This document shows, in pieces, positions 50,801-60,769 of a stretch of DNA of 64,000 bases. Each line of letters begins with the position of its first letter. Position 1 is the first letter of the stretch. The position numbers and the translations under genes are program-made. This stretch comes from Eledone cirrhosa. Its lineage: Eukaryota. The stretch covers positions 20,398,001-20,462,000 of the forward strand of contig OZ024740.1 of NCBI GenBank assembly GCA_964016885.1. Direction: 5' to 3'. Under the pieces are notes generated by a model. That model saw nothing but the letters and a program-made list of their open reading frames with translations, was not told the origin of the DNA and did no database searches.

Positions 50801-52018
50801 CATCCTCTCTCATCACACGTGTTCTACAGCTGGTTTCTACAGTTAGATGCCCTCCCTAACACCATCCTCTCTCATAACACGTGTTCTACAGCTGGTTTCT
50901 ACAGTTAGATGCCCTCCCTAACACCATCCTCTCTCATCACACGTGTTCTACAGCTGGTTTCTACAGTTAGATGCCCTCCCTAACACCATCCTCTCTCATC
51001 ACAAGTGTTCTACAGCTTGGTTTCTACAGTTGGATGCCCTCCCTAACACCATCCTCTCTCATCACACGTGTTCTACATCTTGGTTTCTTCAGTTAGATGC
51101 CCTCCCTAACACCATGCTCTCTCATCACAAGTGTTCTACAGCTTGGTTTCTACAGTTAGATGCCCTCCCTAACACCACCCTCTCTCATCACACGTGTTCT
51201 ACAGCTTGGTTTCTACAGTTAGATGCCCTCCCTAACACCACCCTCTCTCATCACAAGTGTTCTACAGCTTGGTTTCTACAGTTAGATGCCCTCCCTAACA
51301 CCATCCTCTCTCATCACAAGTGTTCTACAGCTGGTTTCTACAGTTGGATGCCCTCCCTAACACCATCCTCTCTCATCACACGTGTTCTACAGCTGGTTTC
51401 TACAGTTGGATGCCCTCCCTAACACCATCCTCTCTCATCACACGTGTTCTACAGCTTGGTTTCTACAGTTGGATGCCCTTCCTAACACCATCCTCTCTCA
51501 TCACACGTGTTCTACAGCTTGGTTTCTACAGTTGGATGCCCTCCCTAACACCATCCTCTCTCATCACACGTGTTCTACAGCTTGGTTTCTACAGTTGGAT
51601 GCCCTCCCTAACACCATCCTCTCTCATCACACGTGTTCTACAGCTTGGTTTCTACAGTTGGATGCCCTTCCTAACACCATCCTCTCTCATCACACGTGTT
51701 CTACAGCTTGGTTTCTACAGTTGGATGCCCTTCCTAACACCATCCTCTCTCATCACACGTGTTCTACAGCTTGGTTTCTACAGTTGGATGCCCTCCCTAA
51801 CACCATCCTCTCTCATCACACGTGTTCTACAGCTTGGTTTCTACAGTTAGATGCCCTCCCTAACAGCACCCTCTCTCATCACATGTGTTCTACAGCTTGG
51901 TTTCTACAGTTGGATGCCCTCCCTAACACCACCCTCTCTCATCACAAGTGTTCTACAGCTTTGTTTCTACAGTTGGATGCCCTCCCTAACACCATCCTCT
52001 CTCATCACACGTGTTCTC
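44869..52018 (-). repeat. 7-kb satellite of 62/63-bp monomers grown inside an RTE-tail fragment
   Basis: RTE (ATC)n tail at 44869, then TTTCTACAGTTAGATGCCCTCCCTAACACCATCCTCTCTCATCACACGTGTTCTACAGCTGG with period 62 from 44976; over 110 copies by length. Confidence 0.95.
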
Positions 52019-52294
52019 CATACAACAGATTCTCAGCCAAACATGTTAACCTCTCTAAATAATGTACATATCCTCGTGTGTATCAACATCACTTTATGTG
52101 GGTCTTTCATACTGACTGTTATAGGTCCAACACCAGATGGGTTGTTGTGATAGGGAAAAGCGGATGTAAAATGATGATGATGTTCCATATTTGGCATAGT
52201 TTCTATTCCTCACTCAGGTTCAGCTTTCAATAGATATTATTCTATCTATTCTACATGTTTGCCGCTTTGCTAGTGTCACCATAGTGATTTCTAG

Positions 52295-52500
52295 TATAGG
52301 CGTAAGGCCAGCAATTTTGGGGTAAATGGGAAGTCGATTAAATTGACCCCAGTGTATTACTGGTATTTTATTTTATCGACCCCGTAAGGATGAAAGGCAA
52401 ACATAACTTAAGTGGGATTTGAACTCAGAACGTAAAGGGCTGTAACTCTATACTGCAAAGCATGGCATCCGACCCTCTACCGATACTGCCAATCCACCGC
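52295..52500 (-). mobile_element. Meta-domain tRNA SINE
   Basis: Reverse complement of the 2019/8068 family. Confidence 0.75.
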
Positions 52501-52804
52501 CCTGTGTACACATAACATGTATTAAGTTCTGCTCCATTCATCTCTCTCTCTCCTCTATATACCCCTCTCCTCTATACACCCCTCTCATACAGTATATACA
52601 ATATATACGCATACACACACACATACAATATATACATATATACACATACACACACACACACATACAATATATACATATATACACATACACACACACACAT
52701 ACAATATATACATATATAAACATACACACACACACACATACAATATATACATATATACACATACACATACATTATATACATATATATACACACACACATA
52801 TATA

Positions 52805-53142
52805 ATATATATTTGCTCTACGGTTTATATATATATAACCCTTATCGAGCCCTCTTCGGATTTTGGTCTTCATAATTATTATTACTGTGTGTCTTGGGTT
52901 CAGTCAGGGGTAACCACAATTAGTAGGGTACTCAATACATTAGTAGAGTGTAAACATCATGTTTAATATAGAGAAGTCTTCTATGGGACTGTTCTTTAAA
53001 ATCCTTTGGCCAATGACCTTCACCCGTCCCAAAAATCACCATCTTCCCCAACCACCAGAAAACATAAATACAACTGTTTTACAAAATCAGTTGGCTTTCC
53101 GGGTGATTTCCTTTGAATGAAACAGATCTAGTCCTGTAGAAG
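52805..53142. mobile_element. Two tail-to-tail PLE-like remnants
   Basis: Plus-strand F-family tail CCTTATCGAGCCCTCTTCGGATTTTGGTC (as at 60060 and reverse 25330) abutting a minus-strand tail GTATTGAGTACC (as at 15150). Confidence 0.55.
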
Positions 53143-53439
53143 CTATATCATCATCACCGTTTTACGTCCGTTCTTCCACGCTAGCATGGGTTAGACGGGT
53201 TGTCCTGTTGTGGGCAGTGTCTGGTCGGCTGACCATGCCTTGCTCATACAGGAACTGATCTGGCTTGATTTCTACAGCTGGATGCCCTTCCTAACACCAA
53301 CCTCATTTACAGTGAGTGCTGGGTGCTTTTTCGTGGCGCCTACACGTCCACTTTACAGTGTGGGCTGGGTGCTTTTTTGCCGTGGCACCTCCACGACCAC
53401 CTTGCGGTGGGGGGGGGGGGGGCATATTGTTTATATGCT

Positions 53440-56400
53440 TCAGCATGTACCCATGGGAGGTCGGGTACCCTGTATTACTGCGTGACGCCAGAAGTCACGG
53501 TCGTGTGTCATTGACTTTGAGAGGTGTAGTTGGGTAAGGTCGGCTTTTATCACCTCATCCCAAGTCATCTTGGGTCTCCCCACTCCGCGGTTTCCATCAA
53601 CTTCTAGTGCTCTGCACCTTTTTATGCAGCTGTCATCCTTCATACGCATCACATGTCCATACCAGCGTAACCGCCTCTCCTGCACGCAGCATTTGATTCC
53701 TCTTATGCTCAGTCTCTCTCTCAATTCATTTATGCTTTGTCGTTCACGTATATTACTGTTACACATCCATCGGAGCATGCAGGCTTCGTTTCTCTCTAAT
53801 CTACGTAAGTCTTCCACCTTCAGCGCCCAGGTCTCACTACCATGCAACATCGCTGTTCGGATACACGCATCATACAGTCTGCCTTTCATTCTGAGGGAGA
53901 AGCCTTTTGCAGCTAGCAGTGGTAGTAGTTCCCTAAACTTCTTCCATCCCGTTCTTACCCTAGTTATTGTACTTTCTGAGCACCCACCTCCGTTGCTAAT
54001 TCGGTCACCTAGGTAGCAGAAGCTGTCTACTGTTTCTACAGGGCCCTCCCAGAGATTGGTGGTACTTGTTTCCTGTGGCTGTTTGCTTGCTGTTTCAGCA
54101 CAGCTGCTGCATGTGAATCCTACATTCTTAATTAAGCTTCCTGAGATCCCGCTACATCTCTTGTGTACCCATTGTTTGCATTTGGGGCAAAGAATGGAGT
54201 TCCTACCTACACCTTTCCTACATACTGAGCAAGGCCATTTCCCTGAGGGGATCTGGGTTCTGTTTTCTCGTCTACTTATAAGGACCTTAGTCTTTGTCAT
54301 GTTGACTTTGAGGCCCTTTCTCTCTAGTCCCTGCTTCCAGGTTTGGAATTTATTCTCTAGTTCTACCATAGATTCAGCTATGAGTGCGAGGTCATCAGCA
54401 TACAGGAGTTCCCATGGGCATCCGGTCTTAAACTCCTCCGTTATTGCCTGCAGGACTATGATGAACAGGAGAGGGCTAAGAACAGAGCCCTGGTGGACCC
54501 CAACCTGTACGCTAAATTCCTCGCTATACTCATTGCCAATCCTAACTTTGCTGACTGCTCCCCTATACATGGCTTGTACCGCTTTCACAAGCCATTCATC
54601 TACTCCTAGTTTTCTAAGAGCCCACCAGATTACTGCACGTGGAACTCTGTCAAAGGCTTTCTCAAGGTCGACAAATGCCAAGTAGAGTGGCTTACTTTTA
54701 GCTAGGTACTTTTCCTGTAATTGCCTCACAAGGAAGAGCGCATCAGTGGTGCCTTTCCCTGGAACAAACCCAAATTGCATCTCGTCTATATTCACCCGGT
54801 CCCTAATCAGCTGTGCTATAACTCTTTCTGTTACTTTCATGACCTGGTCCATCAACTTTATACCTCTATAGTTTCCTCTATCTAGTGCATCGCCTTTACC
54901 TTTGTAGCAGTTGACAATGATGCTACTGCACCAATCTTTTGGTATGGCCCCCTCTAGTATTACCTGGTTAACGATACGTGTGGTTATAGTGTGACCTACA
55001 GACCCAGATGCCTTCAGCATCTCGGCAGCTATACCCGATGGACCGGTTGCCTTCCCTATCTTCATATCTCTGATTGCCTTACTTACTACGCTGCCGCTGA
55101 CTTGTACTGCTGGTCCCTCTATAGGGTCTACGTGGGGTAGGGTCTCTTCTTCCCATGCATTCTCCTCATTTAGTAATCTATCATAATGACTCTTCCATGC
55201 ATCTTTCTTCTCAGCACTTGTGAGGGCAAGCTCACCTTTATCATTCCGGATACACTTCTCTCCAATGACATCACAACTATCTCTGACACACTGCCTCGCA
55301 ATCTTGAATACCTCCTGTTTCTGGTCCTCACGTTGTAAAACATGCTTGAATTTTCTATCCTCTGCTTCCCTCCTAGCTAAGTATACTTGTCGCCTAGCTT
55401 CCCTCTTGGTCTCTATGTAATGTACCCTGCTCCCCCCGTTCTTCCATTCTTTCCATGCCTGTCTCTTGGCCTTGACTGCTTCATCTACTTTATTGTTCCA
55501 CCACCAAGTCACTCTCCTCCTGCTTGAGGTCTTACTCCAGCCACAAACCTCATCCGTCGCCTCTAGTAAGTTATTTTTTAGGAACTCCCAGTTCTCTTCT
55601 ACGTTAAATGTCTCTATCTGTTCTTCTTTACTGTCGTAGGCGTTGAGTAAAATATCTTTAAATCTGTTACTGGTTGAGGGGACTTTCAGCTTCCAGATCT
55701 TTCTTCTCCAGGTTGGCCTCTGTTTCAGGGCTCGTCTAGTTCTGACCGTGAGGTCGCTGACAACTAAGCTATGTTGGGATGTACATTCCTCACTAGGGAA
55801 GGCTTTTGTGTTTACGACCGTCCATCTGTCACGTCCTCTGATGAGAATAAAATCTAACTGACTAGAGTGCTCCCCTGATCTATAGGTGATCAGGTGGTTG
55901 TCGGGTTTTTTAAAGTTTGTGTTACATATCGACATGTCATTGGCGTCGCAGAATTCTAGAAGTCTGAATCCTTCCTCATTCCTTGTGCCAACTCCATGGC
56001 CTCCATGTACTCTATTGAAGCCGTCGCAGTGTTTACCTACGTGTCCGTTAAAATCTCCTGCAATGATTAGGAAGTCCTTGTCGTCTGTTAGAGCAGTAGT
56101 GTGTATTAGGGACTCGTAAAACCTATCCTTAAGTTCGTCTGGCAGCCCCGATTGGGGTGCGTAAGCTGATATTATTGTGGTAATTGTCTTATTCAGGACT
56201 AGTCTGAGTTTAATGATTCTTGCATTTACCCTGTACACTGAGATTACTTTATCTACCCACTTGTCAGCTAATAGTATACCTACACCACCCATCCCATCGT
56301 CGTTTCCCACCCAGAAAAATTTGTAGCACTGGCTTTTTCCTACAAGGACTCTAGCAGACCCTCCTCTCCATCTAGTCTCTTGCACACAGCATACATCAAC

Positions 56401-56559
56401 TTCCTTTCGCTCTAGCATTTCTACGATTTCTCCTGCTCTTCCTTTCATTGAGCCTACATTGATGGTACCAACTCGGAGTTTTGGGCATTTGTCGACACTC
56501 GTAGGGGAGGGTCTCTGGGTTGGCGCTTCACGTGGGTGCTTGGTAGCTCGCAGATTCAT
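53440..56559 (-). CDS. RTE LINE ORF: apurinic endonuclease + reverse transcriptase + PHD-type zinc finger (1039 aa)
   Basis: APE motifs TINVGS, VQETRW, SAYAPQ, GDFNGH, QLDFIL; RT motifs YRGIKL, QFGF, FVDLEKAFDRV, GVHQGSVLSPLLF, YADD, FCYLG; C4HC3-like CSVC...CPKC...HKRC...CSSC; LRWYGHV tail; no stops. Confidence 0.97.
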   Translation of the reverse strand: MNLRATKHPREAPTQRPSPTSVDKCPKLRVGTINVGSMKGRAGEIVEMLERKEVDVCCVQETRWRGGSARVLVGKSQCYKFFWVGNDDGMGGVGILLADKWVDKVISVYRVNARIIKLRLVLNKTITTIISAYAPQSGLPDELKDRFYESLIHTTALTDDKDFLIIAGDFNGHVGKHCDGFNRVHGGHGVGTRNEEGFRLLEFCDANDMSICNTNFKKPDNHLITYRSGEHSSQLDFILIRGRDRWTVVNTKAFPSEECTSQHSLVVSDLTVRTRRALKQRPTWRRKIWKLKVPSTSNRFKDILLNAYDSKEEQIETFNVEENWEFLKNNLLEATDEVCGWSKTSSRRRVTWWWNNKVDEAVKAKRQAWKEWKNGGSRVHYIETKREARRQVYLARREAEDRKFKHVLQREDQKQEVFKIARQCVRDSCDVIGEKCIRNDKGELALTSAEKKDAWKSHYDRLLNEENAWEEETLPHVDPIEGPAVQVSGSVVSKAIRDMKIGKATGPSGIAAEMLKASGSVGHTITTRIVNQVILEGAIPKDWCSSIIVNCYKGKGDALDRGNYRGIKLMDQVMKVTERVIAQLIRDRVNIDEMQFGFVPGKGTTDALFLVRQLQEKYLAKSKPLYLAFVDLEKAFDRVPRAVIWWALRKLGVDEWLVKAVQAMYRGAVSKVRIGNEYSEEFSVQVGVHQGSVLSPLLFIIVLQAITEEFKTGCPWELLYADDLALIAESMVELENKFQTWKQGLERKGLKVNMTKTKVLISRRENRTQIPSGKWPCSVCRKGVGRNSILCPKCKQWVHKRCSGISGSLIKNVGFTCSSCAETASKQPQETSTTNLWEGPVETVDSFCYLGDRISNGGGCSESTITRVRTGWKKFRELLPLLAAKGFSLRMKGRLYDACIRTAMLHGSETWALKVEDLRRLERNEACMLRWMCNSNIRERQSINELRERLSIRGIKCCVQERRLRWYGHVMRMKDDSCIKRCRALEVDGNRGVGRPKMTWDEVIKADLTQLHLSKSMTHDRDFWRHAVIQGTRPPMGTC

Positions 56560-56803
56560 ATTTCATCTATTGATTCAGAGTTGCTCGTGTATTCCCAGCT
56601 CATCCATCCATAACGGTGGGAAAATTGAGGGCTAGAAGGACAGTGGTGGTGGGGTAATGGCAGGGTGTGTTGGGATGCGCCAGAGGAGGAGAGAGTTAGT
56701 TAGGCAGGTAGTAGCAGCAGCAGCAGTGGAAATGGCATGCTAGGTTTGATTGGTCGAATAGACTATGGTGGTGTGTGGGGGTGGGGGGGAGGGAAATTGT
56801 GAG

Positions 56804-59745
56804 GTAGGAACTGAGGGTCGCATGGTAAATATCCAAGTTAATACTACATCAGTAAAATTAACAATAATAACGTCATGAAAAAAGCTACTAAGAGAAACCC
56901 TCGAAAATTTATCGTTAATACAGCAGGGAAAATTTAACGCTAATACAGCAGGGAACATCATAATATTAACGACATGAAAAAGCTACTAAGAGAATCCCTC
57001 GAAAATTTATCGCTAATACAGCAGGGAAAATTTAACGCTAATACAGCAGGGAACATCATAATATTAACGACATGAAAAAGCTACTAAGAGAAACCCTCGA
57101 AAATTTATCGTTAATACAGCAGGGAAAATTTAACGCTAATACAGCAGGGAACATCATAATATTAACGACATGAAAAAGCTACTAAGAGAATCCCTCGAAA
57201 ATTTATCGCTAATACAGCAGGGAAAATTTAACGCTAATACAGCAGGGAACATCATAATATTAACGACATGAAAAAGCTACTAAGAGAAACCCTCGAAAAT
57301 TTATCGCTAATACAGCAGGGAAAATTTAACGCTAATACAGCAGGGAACATCATAATATTAACGACAATATGTAGGCTAAAATACCTTCGTAGATTAGGTG
57401 GATGGCTGGCTGGGAAAATTTGAATCAGCTCTACTGGTACATTTTAGCAGAGAAGAATGGCAAAGTGTCTTATCTCTTCAATATTTTCAGATTGAATGAA
57501 TTAGGTTAAAGACAGGGTAGTAAGCCTTAAAGAAGTGCATAGAGGGGGGGGGGGGGGTAGGAACTGAGGGTCGCATGGTAAATAACTGAAAGAGATACAA
57601 TAGGATTAGAATACCGCATGGTAAATATCCAAGTTAATAAGTTAATACTACATCAGTAAAATTAACAATAATAACGTCATGAAAAAAGCTACTAAGAGAA
57701 ACCCTCGAAAATTTATCGTTAATACAGCAGGGAAAATTTAACGCTAATACAGCAGGGAACATCATAATATTAACGACATGAAAAAGCTACTAAGAGAATC
57801 CCTCGAAAATTTATCGCTAATACAGCAGGGAAAATTTAACGCTAATACAGCAGGGAACATCATAATATTAACGACATGAAAAAGCTACTAAGAGAAACCC
57901 TCGAAAATTTATCGCTAATACAGCAGGGAAAATTTAACGCTAATACAGCAGGGAACATCATAATATTAACGACAATATGTAGGCTAAAATACCTTCGTAG
58001 ATTAGGTGGATGGCTGGCTGGGAAAATTTGAATCAGCTCTACTGGTACATTTTAGCAGAGAAGAATGGCAAAGTGTCTTATCTCTTCAATATTTTCAGAT
58101 TGAATGAATTAGGTTAAAGACAGGGTAGTAAGCCTTAAAGAAGTGCATAGAGGGGGGGGGGGGTAGGAACTGAGGGTCGCATGGTAAATAACTGAAAGAG
58201 ATACAATAGGATTAGAATACCGCATGGTAAATATCCAAGTTAATAAGTTAATACTACATCAGTAAAATTAACAATAATAACGTCATGAAAAAAGCTACTA
58301 AGAGAAACCCTCGAAAATTTATCGTTAATACAGCAGGGAAAATTTAACGCTAATACAGCAGGGAACATCATAATATTAACGACATGAAAAAGCTACTAAG
58401 AGAATCCCTCGAAAATTTATCGCTAATACAGCAGGGAAAATTTAACGCTAATACAGCAGGGAACATCATAATATTAACGACATGAAAAAGCTACTAAGAG
58501 AAACCCTCGAAAATTTATCGCTAATACAGCAGGGAAAATTTAACGCTAATACAGCAGGGAACATCATAATATTAACGACAATATGTAGGCTAAAATACCT
58601 TCGTAGATTAGGTGGATGGCTGGCTGGGAAAATTTGAATCAGCTCTACTGGTACATTTTAGCAGAGAAGAATGGCAAAGTGTCTTATCTCTTCAATATTT
58701 TCAGATTGAATGAATTAGGTTAAAGACAGGGTAGTAAGCCTTAAAGAAGTGCATAGAGGGGGGGGGGGGGGGTAGGAACTGAGGGTCGCATGGTAAATAA
58801 CTGAAAGAGATACAATAGGATTAGAATACCGCATGGTAAATATCCAAGTTAATAAGTTAATACTACATCAGTAAAATTAACAATAATAACGTCATGAAAA
58901 AAGCTACTAAGAGAAACCCTCGAAAATTTATCGCTAATACAGCAGGGAAAATTTAACGCTAATACAGCAGGGAACATCATAATATTAACGACATGAAAAA
59001 GCTACTAAGAGAAACCCTCGAAAATTTATCGCTAATACAGCAGGGAAAATTTAACGCTAATACAGCAGGGAACATCATAATATTAACGACATGAAAAAGC
59101 TACTAAGAGAAACCCTCGAAAATTTATCGCTAATACAGCAGGGAAAATTTAACGCTAATACAGCAGGGAACATCATAATATTAACGACAATATGTAGGCT
59201 AAAATACCTTCGTAGATTAGGTGGATGGCTGGCTGGGAAAATTTGAATCAGCTCTACTGGTACATTTTAGCAGAGAAGAATGGCAAAGTGTCTTATCTCT
59301 TCAATATTTTCAGATTGAATGAATTAGGTTAAAGACAGGGTAGTAAGCCTTAAAGAAGTGCATAGAGGGGGGGGGGGGTAGGAACTGAGGGTCGCATGGT
59401 AAATAACTGAAAGAGATACAATAGGATTAGAATACCGCATGGTAAATATCCAAGTTAATAAGTTAATACTACATCAGTAAAATTAACAATAATAACGTCA
59501 TGAAAAAAGCTACTAAGAGAAACCCTCGAAAATTTATCGCTAATACAGCAGGGAAAATTTAACGCTAATACAGCAGGGAACATCATAATATTAACGACAT
59601 GAAAAAGCTACTAAGAGAAACCCTCGAAAATTTATCGCTAATACAGCAGGGAAAATTTAACGCTAATACAGCAGGGAACATCATAATATTAACGACATGA
59701 AAAAGCTACTAAGAGAAACCCTCGAAAATTTATCGCTAATACAGC
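56804..59745 (-). repeat. Hierarchical tandem repeat in the RTE 5' region (25-bp subunits in 98-bp monomers in ~608-bp units)
   Basis: 98-bp period (56883, 56981, 57079, 57177); spacer AATATGTAGGC at 57366, 57974, 58580, 59189. Confidence 0.95.
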
Positions 59746-59791
59746 ATATATATATATATCTTCTACAGGACTAGAACCGTTTATATATATA

Positions 59792-60110
59792 TATATTTAT
59801 TAAAATAACAGATTAAAGTTCAAGCAAAGAATCGCTGCTTTCACCCTTAATAGGATCTTCTGAAACTAAAAAAAAAAGCAATCTGTGAACGCAGAAGAAA
59901 ATATTTCGAAAAACTTTGCAACCAAAGGAAAACAAGAAGATGATACTTTGGTCTGTGAAGACCCCGTTAAGGGTGAAAGCAACGATTCTTTGCTTAAACT
60001 TTAATCTATTATTTTAATAAATATGTGCTCTAGAATTCTTATATAGTTGATATATATTTATCCTTATCGAACCCTCTTTGGATTTTAGTCTTCACATTTA
60101 TTATTACTAT
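59792..60110 (+). mobile_element. Fold-back PLE-like element F with decayed hammerhead
   Basis: Arms 59792-59860 / 59957-60024; GTGAAGA-CCCCGTTAAGGGT-GAAAGCAA-loop-TTGCTT; AATAAA; tail TCGAACCCTC; (TA)n flanks. Confidence 0.75.
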
Positions 60111-60769
60111 ATATATAATGAAGTTTGTTTGAATGCCGGCATGAACGAATGTCATGCTGCAGTAGGCAACTATTATCACTTGTTGCAGAATAATGGCTGT
60201 TTGTAAAATGTAAACAGATTTGCTGCAATTTTCTGGTGTGTTTGAAAAGATGAATGTGTTGAAGTAATTGTTCATAAAATGATTGATTTTGATAAGTACT
60301 ACGAGGATGAAACATTTGCAAATCAAAATTTAATGTGAACCTATATTTGGCAATATAATTTAAAGTGTGCGTGTGTGTGTGTCTCTTTCTCTCTCTCTCT
60401 CTCTGTATATATATATATATATATATACAGTGTGTTATTTAGGTCTCCATCTTTAGTATCTGGAAGTTGTTGGTACTATATATTTTAGTGTTAGTCTTAC
60501 ACCTCTGTCAGTAAGTTCCATTTGTCCATTATACTGATTGTTAGTGCCTTACATATGCCTATGGTACCTTTTCAACAGGTACCAATTGGCCCTACTCTTC
60601 TGACAACTGAACTTTCAATAGTGCACATTTTATGGTGATTGTATATAGGCATGTGACACAGTCCATAACATATTATAGTGACATGGAGTGTGTCAAATCC
60701 AATAGTATAGAGTGTGGTATAATCCAGCAGTATGAAATGTAACAGAGCCCAGTAGTATGGATGTGACAA

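Larger units (their letters stand above)
53147..59745 (-). mobile_element. Long, probably near full-length RTE-clade non-LTR retrotransposon
   Basis: Single intact ORF, 3' UTR ending (GAT)n at 53147, repeat-built 5' region to 59745, TA runs on both sides. Confidence 0.92.

Noticed and set aside
45953-52150. Repeated MFYSWFLQLDALPN ORFs
   Set aside because: Artefacts of runs of 63-bp monomers in the RTE-derived satellite.
53570-56119. Plus-strand ORFs overlapping the RTE ORF
   Set aside because: Antisense shadow ORFs with no recognisable motifs.
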